DNA from: an uncultured Bacilli bacterium | GTDB taxonomy: Bacteria > Bacillota_I > Bacilli_A > ML615J-28 > CAG-313 | DNA length: 64,000 nucleotides | Assembly: GCA_934140285.1 (NCBI GenBank) | Contig: CAKPBI010000006.1 | Span: 7,042 to 71,041 of the forward strand | Direction of reading: 5' to 3' | Part shown: positions 1 through 9,040 of the stretch, one piece after another | Layout of the letters: each line of letters opens with the position of its first letter | Numbering within the stretch: position 1 is the first letter of the stretch | Position numbers and translations under genes: made by a program | The notes under the pieces: generated by a model | Database searches by the model: none | Told to the model about the DNA's origin: nothing | The model's input: only the letters and a program-made list of their open reading frames with translations

Positions 1-2
1 AC

Positions 3-1574
3 CAAAGAAAGAAAGTTGTTTTCTCAAGTGTTGGTGCATCAGGAAGAATGGCAATTCAAATGGATGGTGCATGGAGAAGTTTTTGGCAAGGCTTAGTTGA
101 CAAAATTCCTGCTCATCGTTTTGAATTCCTAGAAATGGCAGAAGTAGTAAGCAGTTTTACAACTGGTGGCGATAGAGCCTTAGTACGTTCTGTTGAAAAC
201 TTTGAAGACTATATGACATTTGGCGCTCGTCAAGTTGATGAAGCTGAAGTAGGCCCTGGTGATGTATTAGTTGCATTATCTGAATGTGGTCTTTCTGCAA
301 GTATCAATGGTTCAGCTGTTCGTGGATATGAACTAGGTGTTAGAACATACTATTTATTCTGTAACCCAGAAAACATCTTAAGAACACACTTAGATCGTGC
401 ACGTGCTGTATTTGAATGCTTAGATGAATATGCAGCAAATAAAGCAAAAGGCATTGACAATGGTAAATATATTGTTAAAATTCCTCTATTTGTTGGTAAC
501 ATGGCTGTATCTGGTTCAACTCGTATGCAAGTTACTACAGTTGAATTATTAGCTGCTGGTGCTGCACTAGAAGTAGCCGCAAACCGTTGGTTAAAAGAAA
601 ATCTAACTGAACAAGAATTAGCAGTAGTTGGTGGTGAAATGCTTTCACTAGATGAATACGCTGATGCCTTTGTTTCATTAAATAAACAATTATCAAGTGG
701 TAAAGCTCTAAAAGGTTTAGCTCAAGCTGTTGAATTTGAAGTTAATACATATAATCAAAAAGGATTAGTAACATACATTACTCATGACTACCTACTTGAT
801 ATTATGACTGATACAACTGAACGTCAACCTACATTTACCCTTCCTCCATTTAGAAAATTTGCTGATCATGATAGTGAAGTATCTTGGGCATACATTAAAG
901 ACCCTCTATATCCAAACGAAGTTGCTTGGCAACAAGTATTCCGTCGTCCTATTAAAGGTCTTGAATGGACTAAAGAAGATTACATTGAAATGAAAGCAAG
1001 TCAAGACATTATCAATAACCCTCCAAAAGTTAGTGGTAGTGAAGTATTAGAATATGTTATTGGTAACGAAGATGACCCTTCTAGATACTCTCGTCCATGT
1101 TCTCAACTTGTATTAATCGATGTAAATGGTAGTGCTACTCCAGAAGTTGTTGCTTGGTATAAGAAAGAACTTGTTAAATATAGTGGTGGAATTGTTCTTC
1201 GCTTAGGTCAAATCCCAGCTACTAAGATTGACAAAAATGAAATCAGAATTCCAGTTGAACTTCCTAGAACTTGTACAGATATTCTTTATCACTTACTAGT
1301 TAAGGTTGCATTCAATGCTTTAAGTACTGGAACAATGGCTAAGATGGGTCGTGTTTATGGTAACTGGATGGTTCAAGTTCTTCCAACAAATAAGAAATTA
1401 ATTGACCGTTCTTCTAGAATTATAGCAAGTCTTGCAAAAATTCCTTATGAAAAAGCCGTAGAAGAATTCTTCTATTCATACTATAATCGTAAACCTGAAG
1501 ATGAATATCGTGAATCATATGTAATTGAAACACTTCGTCGTTTAGGATTCGATCCAAGCAAAGACATTAAATAG
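3..1574 (+). CDS. SIS-domain sugar-phosphate isomerase/etherase family protein (MurQ / GckR-like), probably 5'-truncated by the window edge
   Basis: The frame is open upstream of the ATG at 48 back to the window start. The motif SGSTRMQVTTVELLAAGAAL resembles the MurQ GSTRLKSGTAQK SIS signature. At 508+ aa it is longer than MurQ, suggesting a GckR-like double-SIS protein. A hairpin terminator follows at about 1589-1620. Confidence 0.5.
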   Translation, partial: QRKKVVFSSVGASGRMAIQMDGAWRSFWQGLVDKIPAHRFEFLEMAEVVSSFTTGGDRALVRSVENFEDYMTFGARQVDEAEVGPGDVLVALSECGLSASINGSAVRGYELGVRTYYLFCNPENILRTHLDRARAVFECLDEYAANKAKGIDNGKYIVKIPLFVGNMAVSGSTRMQVTTVELLAAGAALEVAANRWLKENLTEQELAVVGGEMLSLDEYADAFVSLNKQLSSGKALKGLAQAVEFEVNTYNQKGLVTYITHDYLLDIMTDTTERQPTFTLPPFRKFADHDSEVSWAYIKDPLYPNEVAWQQVFRRPIKGLEWTKEDYIEMKASQDIINNPPKVSGSEVLEYVIGNEDDPSRYSRPCSQLVLIDVNGSATPEVVAWYKKELVKYSGGIVLRLGQIPATKIDKNEIRIPVELPRTCTDILYHLLVKVAFNALSTGTMAKMGRVYGNWMVQVLPTNKKLIDRSSRIIASLAKIPYEKAVEEFFYSYYNRKPEDEYRESYVIETLRRLGFDPSKDIK

Positions 1575-1695
1575 TAATTAAATACAAAGACCTTCATTCA
1601 AAATATGAAGGCCTTTTGTTTTATAATATTATCTTATACGCTTTTATAAATGACAATTTAATAAAAATATGGTATACTATTTAATAGGTGATATT

Positions 1696-3111
1696 ATGGA
1701 AAAAGACTTAGTATTAATAATTGGCTTATGTGGAGAATCAGTATTTTTACAAACTGATCATTTTCATCAAGATGGAGAAACCATAACTATTGATTCAATG
1801 TACAAAGAACCAGGGGGAAAAGGATACAACCAAGCTATAGCCACAAAACTGATGGAAACAAACGTCGCATTTATTGGAGCCATTGGTAATGATGACTATG
1901 GAAAAATATGTGAAGATACCTTAAAAAAACTAGGAATTGAAGCCTACTTAATAAAAAAAGAAGAAGGAACTGCTTTCGCAACCATTCTTACCGATAAAAA
2001 GGGAAATAACCAAGTATCAGTATATCCAGGTGCTAGCTCGCTATTAACTAAAGACGACATAGATAATTATATACATCTATTTGAAAGAGCAAACTTCCTT
2101 CTTTTAACATATGAACTTGAAGAAGCGGTACTAACACATATTTATGAACTTGCTGAAAAATACCAAATAAAAATAATCTTAAATCCTGCTCCATATAAAA
2201 ATTATAATCAAAACTTTTTACATAAAGCTTTTCTTATAACCCCTAATTTAATTGAAGCCAAAGAAATGTTAAACACTGATGTTTCCTCATATTTTGAATT
2301 AGGTGAAAAACTAGAAAAATCAAATTTTAAAAATACAATTGTTACTCTTGGAAAAGATGGTGTTCTTTTGGTAAATGACGATAGTAATGTTGTCATACCT
2401 ACAATAAAAGAAAAAACCAATGTAGTTGATACCACAGGTGCAGGAGATACCCTCAATGGATGTTTAGTAGCAATGCTTAATAAAGGTAAAGATCTCATCG
2501 AAGCAATCGCTTATAGTATTTTTGCTGCCTCCTTAAGTACAGAGATAAAATATGTACTTCCAAGTATACCATCTATTAAGGATATTTCAAACCTAAGAGT
2601 TTCACTCGATAAATACAATGAATATAAAGGATACTTAAACACAAGAAAAACAGTTCGTGCCTTTTTAGTAAATGAAAATAAACAATATGGAATGTTAAAA
2701 ATTGAAGGAAAAGATGAATTTGGTCAAAGATGTCATCTCGAAACTACAGGTGGTGGCATCGAAAATGGTGAATTAGAAATTGAAGCACTAAATCGTGAAA
2801 TATTAGAAGAAACTGGCTATAATGGTAAAATCATTTCCCATCTAGGATACCTAGTTCATGAATATAACCTAATTAAACGTGTCTCAATTGCTAGTTACTA
2901 CTTAGTTTTGGTAAACACTAAAAATCAAGATAATACAAAATATACTAATGAGGAATCATCACTTATTAAAGGCATTAAATGGATGAACTATGATGAACTA
3001 AAAACAAACTTAAATCAAAATAAATATCCTTGTGATTACTTAGTCCAAATGCGAGAACTAGAAGCTCTAAAATTACTTGATAGATATTTACAGGAGGAAA
3101 ACAATGACTAA
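1696..3111 (+). CDS. PfkB/ribokinase-family carbohydrate kinase fused to a C-terminal NUDIX hydrolase domain
   Basis: The N-terminal half has GGKGYNQA and DTTGAGDTLNG, which are PfkB/ribokinase motifs. The C-terminal half has GGGIENGELEIEALNREILEETGY, a Nudix box (GX5EX7REUXEEXGU). The RBS AGGTGA precedes the ATG at 1696. The earlier ATG at 1669 lies inside a putative promoter (-10 TATACT around 1673-1678). Confidence 0.6.
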   Translation: MEKDLVLIIGLCGESVFLQTDHFHQDGETITIDSMYKEPGGKGYNQAIATKLMETNVAFIGAIGNDDYGKICEDTLKKLGIEAYLIKKEEGTAFATILTDKKGNNQVSVYPGASSLLTKDDIDNYIHLFERANFLLLTYELEEAVLTHIYELAEKYQIKIILNPAPYKNYNQNFLHKAFLITPNLIEAKEMLNTDVSSYFELGEKLEKSNFKNTIVTLGKDGVLLVNDDSNVVIPTIKEKTNVVDTTGAGDTLNGCLVAMLNKGKDLIEAIAYSIFAASLSTEIKYVLPSIPSIKDISNLRVSLDKYNEYKGYLNTRKTVRAFLVNENKQYGMLKIEGKDEFGQRCHLETTGGGIENGELEIEALNREILEETGYNGKIISHLGYLVHEYNLIKRVSIASYYLVLVNTKNQDNTKYTNEESSLIKGIKWMNYDELKTNLNQNKYPCDYLVQMRELEALKLLDRYLQEENND

Positions 3112-3841
3112 GCTTGAATTATTACAAAAATTAATTGATGTATCAGATAATATTGTCATTCTTACAGGAGCAGGATTTTCAACCGCGTCTAACATTCCCG
3201 ACTTTAGAAGTGATAATGGACTATATAAAATAAAAGGAACAAGCATTCCTCCAGAAGAAATTTTATCCCATCATTTCTTTATTAGTCATCCAGATGAGTT
3301 CTTTAAATATTATTTTTCTAAAATGGTATATATGGATGCTTTACCTAATGCAGGGCACAAAAAACTAGCTGAACTTGAAAGTAATGGTAAAAACATCACT
3401 ATTATAACTCAAAACATTGATGGCTTACACCAAAAAGCAGGAAGCAAACATGTCTTAGAACTTCATGGTTCTGTTCGTAGAAATCATTGTATGAAATGTC
3501 ATAAATATTATGCATTAGAAGAAATTCCCCATGATGGTTCAATTCCCTATTGTACATGTGGGGGAATTATAAAACCTGATGTTGTGTTATATGAAGAAGG
3601 ATTAGATGAAAAAGTAATCGATGAATCACTTAGAAAAATAGTTAACGCGGACTTACTAATTATTAGTGGTTCTTCTATGGTTGTAAATCCTGCTGCTAGT
3701 CTTCCTTATTATTATAGAGGAAACAAAATGGTAATAATTAACCTAAGTGAAACTCCACTTGATAGTTTTGCAAGCCTAATTATTCGTGAAAAGTCAGAAG
3801 AAGTATTTTCAAAAATTGTCGTAAAAGGAGAAACAAAATGA
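3104..3841 (+). CDS. cobB: NAD-dependent protein deacylase, Sir2/CobB family
   Basis: Motifs GAGFSTASNIPDFRS, QNIDGLHQKAGS, HG, and a Zn-ribbon CMKC...CTCGG are present. The RBS AGGAGG precedes the ATG at 3104. The gene overlaps the end of the upstream gene. Confidence 0.75.
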   Translation: MTKLELLQKLIDVSDNIVILTGAGFSTASNIPDFRSDNGLYKIKGTSIPPEEILSHHFFISHPDEFFKYYFSKMVYMDALPNAGHKKLAELESNGKNITIITQNIDGLHQKAGSKHVLELHGSVRRNHCMKCHKYYALEEIPHDGSIPYCTCGGIIKPDVVLYEEGLDEKVIDESLRKIVNADLLIISGSSMVVNPAASLPYYYRGNKMVIINLSETPLDSFASLIIREKSEEVFSKIVVKGETK

Positions 3842-4320
3842 ATATAGTTGGAAAATTTGAAAAAGTATCACTTGAAGAATGGCAAAAAGAAACAAATATC
3901 GAATTATACAATGAAATAAAACTACCCCAAAGAGCAACAAAAGGCTCTGCTGGTTATGATTTTTATTCACCAATTGATTTTACACTTAATCCCCAAGAAA
4001 CCATCAAAGTACCAACTGGGGTTAGAGTAAAAATTGAAGATGGCTGGTTTTTAAGTATTTTCCCTCGTAGTAGTCTAGGTTTTAAATATCGCTTAAGACT
4101 TAATAATACAGTAGGAATAATAGATAGTGATTACTATCACGCGTTAAATGAAGGTCATATCTTTATTAAAATAACTAATGAATCAACAGATAAAGTTGTA
4201 ACTATTAAGAAAGGTGAAGCTTTCGCCCAGGGCATTTTTATTCCTTTTGGCATAACTGAAGATGACGATGTAGAAACAGTAAGAACAGGTGGTATGGGTA
4301 GTACCAACCAAAAAAATTAG
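3838..4320 (+). CDS. dut: dUTPase-like protein (dUTP diphosphatase / dCTP deaminase superfamily)
   Basis: The motif GSAGYDFYSP resembles the dUTPase motif. It is a 160-aa beta-rich protein. The RBS AAAGGAG is present and the start overlaps the cobB stop. Confidence 0.5.
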   Translation: MNIVGKFEKVSLEEWQKETNIELYNEIKLPQRATKGSAGYDFYSPIDFTLNPQETIKVPTGVRVKIEDGWFLSIFPRSSLGFKYRLRLNNTVGIIDSDYYHALNEGHIFIKITNESTDKVVTIKKGEAFAQGIFIPFGITEDDDVETVRTGGMGSTNQKN

Positions 4321-4328
4321 AGGATAAC

Positions 4329-5615
4329 ATGAGACCAACAAACTTAAAAGTAATAAACGATGAACTATATTTAAACAACGTTTCCTTAACTTCTCTCGCA
4401 AACCAATATAAAACTCCCCTTTACGTCTTTGATGAATTTGAACTAGAAGAAAAAATGGATGAATTTAAAGATTACTTTTGTAGCGAAAAATTTATGACAG
4501 AAATAGTTTACGCTTCCAAAGCTTTCCTAGTGCCAGAAATTTGTAAAATGGCATCAAAAAAAGGCTTAATGATTGATGCTGTTAGCCTTGGTGATTTATA
4601 TGTAATTAACTATTCAGGTTTTCCATTAACAAGAGTAGTCTTTCATGGCAATAATAAATCGGATGAAGAACTAGAATATGCGGTAAAAAATAATGTTGGA
4701 ATAATTGTAGTAGATAATTTAGATGAATTACAAAGACTAAATAAAGTAGCTAAACATTATCAAAAATCAATAAACACCTTGTTTAGAGTTAATCCAGGCA
4801 TTGATGCTCATACGCACAAATACATTCAAACTGCTTTGTTTGTATCTAAATTTGGCGAAAGTATTTATGATGAAGTATTGATTGACAAAATCATTAAAGA
4901 GTATCTTGAAAGTAAATATGTTAAACTTTTAGGATTCCACTCCCATATTGGATCACAAATTAAAGCCTTTAAACCATTTATATTAAACATTGACAAAATG
5001 ATTGACTTTAGTAAAAATATAGAAGAAAAATATCAAATTAAATTACCATACCTTAATTTAGGAGGTGGTTTTGGTATCCAATATTATGAAAATGATACAT
5101 CATTTGATACCCCTAAATTATTAAATAGAATGATAAAACATCTTGAAAAACTATCCAAAGAAAAGAATTATCATCTTGAAAAAGTCTTCATAGAACCTGG
5201 AAGAAGTATCGTTGGTAATGCGGGAATCAGCCTTTATACATGTGGAATAACGAAACATACATATGGTGGTAAGAACTATTTATTCATAGATGGTGGCATG
5301 ACTGACAATATTAGACCAGCTTTATATCAAGCAATTTATCAATGTGAAGTCATAAACAAAGTCACAAAGAAAAAAGAAATAGTTGTAGATGTAGCTGGAA
5401 AGTGTTGTGAATCAGGGGATATAATTGCTAAAGATGTTTTACTTCCTCAAACAAAACCTGGAGATATCCTAGTTGTATATGCAACCGGTGCTTACACTTA
5501 TTCAATGGCATCATCATACAATAATCACCTAAAACCAAAAGTATTATTTATTGGTGATACGATCAAAGAAGTATCAAAAGAAGAACCGATAGAGGATCTA
5601 ATTAAACTATTTTAA
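4329..5615 (+). CDS. lysA: diaminopimelate decarboxylase (fold-III PLP decarboxylase)
   Basis: Motifs PLYVFDE, HSHIGSQ, EPGRSIVGNAG and CESGD match the LysA/ODC family. The RBS AGAGGA is present. Confidence 0.75.
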   Translation: MRPTNLKVINDELYLNNVSLTSLANQYKTPLYVFDEFELEEKMDEFKDYFCSEKFMTEIVYASKAFLVPEICKMASKKGLMIDAVSLGDLYVINYSGFPLTRVVFHGNNKSDEELEYAVKNNVGIIVVDNLDELQRLNKVAKHYQKSINTLFRVNPGIDAHTHKYIQTALFVSKFGESIYDEVLIDKIIKEYLESKYVKLLGFHSHIGSQIKAFKPFILNIDKMIDFSKNIEEKYQIKLPYLNLGGGFGIQYYENDTSFDTPKLLNRMIKHLEKLSKEKNYHLEKVFIEPGRSIVGNAGISLYTCGITKHTYGGKNYLFIDGGMTDNIRPALYQAIYQCEVINKVTKKKEIVVDVAGKCCESGDIIAKDVLLPQTKPGDILVVYATGAYTYSMASSYNNHLKPKVLFIGDTIKEVSKEEPIEDLIKLF

Positions 5616-5730
5616 TAGGAAATAATCACAAAGTAAATATAAATTAAAAAATCTAAAATACGGATAATTTTATCCTTGAGTTGACTTTATATTCAAAAAA
5701 TGCTATAATATTTATAGTCGGAGGTACACA

Positions 5731-6039
5731 ATGAGAAAAGAAGAAGCTTTATTGATTTGGACACGAGAATTTGGTGATGTAGATTATGCTCATGATTTTA
5801 CAGGCCGTAAAATTAAGAGAGATGATTATGGACTAGAAAATCAAGTAGGTTGGGTAGTATCATATATGAAACCCTTATCTTTAGGTGGTCTCCAAAACGA
5901 AGATAACGAAATGATTGTTCATCATATAACTGCGTATGAAAAAGGCGATAATTACCCTTCTTTTGAAGTCGTTGGGGTAAAGTATCATGTAGGACATGAT
6001 GAAAAGCAAGATTTCTATTATATTGAAAAAGAAGACTAA
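5731..6039 (+). CDS. small standalone protein, possible HNH-type nuclease
   Basis: This is a 102-aa ORF with its own consensus promoter (TTGACT 5681-5686, TATAAT 5705-5710) and its own terminator (6047-6088). The pattern KPLSLGG...N..N..IVHH resembles an HNH core but is degenerate. Confidence 0.3.
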   Translation: MRKEEALLIWTREFGDVDYAHDFTGRKIKRDDYGLENQVGWVVSYMKPLSLGGLQNEDNEMIVHHITAYEKGDNYPSFEVVGVKYHVGHDEKQDFYYIEKED

Positions 6040-6114
6040 AAAAAACAAGCAATATAACGGATAAGGTGTTATATTGCTTATTATTTAGTAATTAAAACAT
6101 GAGGAATATTAAAT

Positions 6115-6660
6115 ATGAGGATAATTGGCGGAAAATTTAGAAGTAGAAAATTAGTAACACTTGAAGGCCTAAAAACAAGACCAACACTTGATGGAACCAA
6201 AGAAGCCATCTTTAATAGCTTAGGAAACTATATTCCTGATTTTGTTGTTCTTGATGTTTTCGGTGGAAGCGGAGCTTTAAGCTTAGAATCAATAAGTCGT
6301 GGTGCTAAACATGCATATATCATTGATAATAATGTTGAAGCTATCAAAATCATAAAAACAAACATTGCGACCTTAAAAGTTGAAAATCAAGTTACAATTC
6401 TTCAAGGTTCATATGATCAAATGTTAAAAAAACTAACAAACAAAAAATTTGATTTAATATTTTTAGATCCTCCATTTAGAATGAAAGTCATTGATGAATT
6501 AATTACTTTTATTCTTGACAATGACATGCTTGAAGATGGTGGATACATTATGGCTGAATATCCTAAGGAAGATGTGGTAAGAAAAGACTACCCAAACTTA
6601 AAAATAAAATTATGTCGTACTTACTCAAGTAGTGAAGTAATGATTTTAGAAAAGGAGTAA
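6115..6660 (+). CDS. rsmD: 16S rRNA (guanine966-N2)-methyltransferase RsmD
   Basis: Motifs MRIIGGKFRSRKL, VLDVFGGSGALSLES and DPPF are present. It is immediately followed by coaD, a conserved pair. Confidence 0.8.
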   Translation: MRIIGGKFRSRKLVTLEGLKTRPTLDGTKEAIFNSLGNYIPDFVVLDVFGGSGALSLESISRGAKHAYIIDNNVEAIKIIKTNIATLKVENQVTILQGSYDQMLKKLTNKKFDLIFLDPPFRMKVIDELITFILDNDMLEDGGYIMAEYPKEDVVRKDYPNLKIKLCRTYSSSEVMILEKE

Positions 6661-6662
6661 TT

Positions 6663-7154
6663 ATGCGTATTGGAGTATATCCTGGAAGCTTTGACCCAGT
6701 AACTAATGGTCATTTAGATATTATCAAAAGAGGAGCAATATTATTTGATAAATTATATGTAGTTGTTCCTAAAAACATTCAAAAACATACTTTATTCTCC
6801 ACAGAAGAAAGAGTAGAACTTTTAAAAGAAGTAGTAAAAGATCTCCCAAATGTAATTGTCACCTCAACTGACCAACTTACCGTTAATTTTGCAAAATCAG
6901 TAAATGCTAACGCAATGCTTAGAGGTCTACGTATGGTAAGTGATTTTGAGTATGAACTTCAACTAGCAACGCTTAATCACCATTTAAATGAAGAAATTGA
7001 AACCATCTTTATTATGAGTTCACATGAATTTTCTTTTCTTTCTTCAAGTAGTGTTAAAGAGATTGCTCAATTTGGTGGTGACATTACAAGCTTTGTACCC
7101 AAAGTAGTTAAAGATGCCTTACTAAAAAAATATCATCAAGAAAAACATAATTAA
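6663..7154 (+). CDS. coaD: phosphopantetheine adenylyltransferase
   Basis: The N-terminus MRIGVYPGSFDPVTNGHLDII is the classic CoaD T/HxGH nucleotidyltransferase start. Confidence 0.9.
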   Translation: MRIGVYPGSFDPVTNGHLDIIKRGAILFDKLYVVVPKNIQKHTLFSTEERVELLKEVVKDLPNVIVTSTDQLTVNFAKSVNANAMLRGLRMVSDFEYELQLATLNHHLNEEIETIFIMSSHEFSFLSSSSVKEIAQFGGDITSFVPKVVKDALLKKYHQEKHN

Positions 7155-8012
7155 ACTAGAGATTAGCCCATGAATAAATCTAGATAACACAAGACTAGTT
7201 TTTGATAAATTAGTCTTTTTTAATTCGCTTAAGATCTGAACAATAATAGAAAGCCCTCCAAATGATAAAAAAAATGTCTGAAGGAGTACTTTTAAAGTAT
7301 CCTCAATGTTATATCCAATAATACAATTTAATCCTGTAGTTAACTCCATTGAATCAATTAAAAAAGTTACAAAAACACTATTGTTTAATTTAAATAATTC
7401 TTGAAGTTTGTAAAGAGGAATTTTAAACATACAAACAAATATCATTGATGATAAGATTGTAAGCATAACCATAGGACAATCATCAATTAGTTTAATAATA
7501 TCCTTCTTATTATAACCATGAATATTCTCTTTTGTATTTTTGCGTTTAAAGATAAGAAAAAGCAAATTAGAAACAAAAATTTGAACCAAATAAATAAATA
7601 ATCCCCACTTACTAATCATTAAAATGGTAAATAAAGGACTACTAAGAACCGTTCCTCTTAGTAGTCTATTTCCCTCTTCAATCGATATTGTGTTGTTCTT
7701 AACCTCAGATATTACCAAATAACTTGATGTTGGATTACCCGTAATAAAACTTAATAAAAACAAAGAACAAGATGTAGTATTTTCAAATCTAAAAATACGA
7801 TTAAATAAATGATAGAATATCTTACTAATAAACGGATAATTAATTAAAATATTACTCAAAAAATAAAAAGGAATTAAAGCAACTAAAACATTATTTAACC
7901 ATAATGATAAAGTATTATAAATATTAACTCTTGCTACATCTTTGTATATTAAAAAGATAACCCCAGTAAATAGGAGAAAACTGACAACTAAGAAATATTT
8001 AATTTTTTTCAT
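7122..8012 (-). CDS. YlbJ-like integral membrane protein (nucleoside-recognition/Gate domain)
   Basis: It is polytopic and hydrophobic. The N-terminus MKKIKYFLVVSFLLF... resembles Bacillus YlbJ, and the gene has the same position and orientation as ylbJ after rsmD-coaD. It overlaps the coaD 3' end. Confidence 0.45.
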   Translation of the reverse strand: MKKIKYFLVVSFLLFTGVIFLIYKDVARVNIYNTLSLWLNNVLVALIPFYFLSNILINYPFISKIFYHLFNRIFRFENTTSCSLFLLSFITGNPTSSYLVISEVKNNTISIEEGNRLLRGTVLSSPLFTILMISKWGLFIYLVQIFVSNLLFLIFKRKNTKENIHGYNKKDIIKLIDDCPMVMLTILSSMIFVCMFKIPLYKLQELFKLNNSVFVTFLIDSMELTTGLNCIIGYNIEDTLKVLLQTFFLSFGGLSIIVQILSELKKTNLSKTSLVLSRFIHGLISSLIMFFLMIFF

Positions 8013-8703
8013 TAATTATAAGTTCCATTCTTGGATATATCGTATTATTAGTTAAATTATTATCTTTTTTAATTTTATCAATGCTTGTATTATATTCTTT
8101 ACTAATTGAATATAAAGACTCATTAGGTCTAACGACATGAATTTGGTATGTTGGGGGAGTATATGGAACTTTGTAATATGAAGCAAGACTCTTAACTACC
8201 GCCTCAGCTAAATTTTGCCAGTTATAAACTAACATATCCGTATCTTTCTTGTTGTCAGCGAACCCATATTCAATAATCATCGCTTTATTTGGAGTAGTAC
8301 CACGAAGAATAAAGTAATAATCTTTGCCGGTTTTCCCTACGCGTTGATAAACATTACGGATTGAAAGTCCAGCCTCTTTTAAGTTTTCACTAATAATCAT
8401 TGGAAGTTCGTTATCCCCTCGTAAGGAATAAATAATCTCGCCGCCACTAGATCCTCCCGTATTAATATGGTTACTAATAAGAATGTCTGACTCACTTGCA
8501 CCTAGTTTACTTATTCTATTTAAACGATCATTGGGAGCTAAGGTTTCATCACTAGATCTTACTAACACATTAGGAATACCTATCTCATTTAAACGGTTGT
8601 GTTCATAATTACTAATCTTTAAAGCTAAGTCTTTTTCTTTAAAGTAATTATTACTACCACCACCGGGATCCCAACCTCCATGACCTGGATCAATAATAAT
8701 CAC
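7999..8703 (-). CDS. N-acetylmuramoyl-L-alanine amidase (Amidase_3) with C-terminal LysM domain
   Basis: IIIDPGHGGWDPG is the Amidase_3 zinc site. The C-terminal YQIHVVRPNESLYSISKEYNTSIDKIKK is LysM-like. The tracked ORF (to 8820) runs into tRNA-Arg and its terminator, so the start is placed at the GTG at 8703 with the RBS GAGGTG. This boundary is uncertain. Confidence 0.6.
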   Translation of the reverse strand: MIIIDPGHGGWDPGGGSNNYFKEKDLALKISNYEHNRLNEIGIPNVLVRSSDETLAPNDRLNRISKLGASESDILISNHINTGGSSGGEIIYSLRGDNELPMIISENLKEAGLSIRNVYQRVGKTGKDYYFILRGTTPNKAMIIEYGFADNKKDTDMLVYNWQNLAEAVVKSLASYYKVPYTPPTYQIHVVRPNESLYSISKEYNTSIDKIKKDNNLTNNTIYPRMELIINEKN

Positions 8704-8785
8704 AAAAATCACCTCAATAAAGTATATGAGGAAAATAAAAAAAAAGACATCCAAAACGAAATGTCTGTCAAGATTATAAAAAAAA

Positions 8786-8862
8786 TGGCGTCCCAGACAC
8801 GATTCGAACGTGCGACACACGGCTTAGAAGGCCGTTGCTCTATCCAACTGAGCTACTGGGAC
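8786..8862 (-). tRNA. tRNA-Arg (anticodon TCT)
   Basis: The reverse complement folds as a canonical 77-nt cloverleaf GTCCCAGTAGCTCAGTTGGATAGAGCAACGGCCTTCTAAGCCGTG...TTCGAATCGTGTCTGGGACGCCA. The anticodon loop is CTTCTAA and the CCA is encoded. On the minus strand a hairpin plus T-run terminator follows, at about 8741-8770. Confidence 0.9.
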
Positions 8863-9040
8863 ATTTGCGTTAATATTATACAATAAAAACCACTAAATGT
8901 AAAGTAAAATGAACTATATTTTATTGATTGATAATGTCAAAAAAATATCTATAATCGTTATATTTTTATTTCAATTAAACTTAATTACTTGTAAATAAAA
9001 GTTAATTGTTATATAATAATATAAAAAAGGGGTGAAATTA

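Noticed and set aside
3104-3841. Sir2-domain gene as a possible anti-phage defence effector (Thoeris/DSR-like).
   Set aside because: It carries the full Zn-ribbon (CxxC...CxCGG) and catalytic motifs of housekeeping CobB deacetylases. It is ~245 aa with no partner sensor domain and lies in an operon with metabolic genes. A housekeeping sirtuin is far more likely.
4321-4328. Lysine riboswitch (L-box) expected upstream of lysA.
   Set aside because: Only 8 nt separate lysA from the preceding gene. There is no room for an L-box, and lysA is translationally coupled to the upstream operon.
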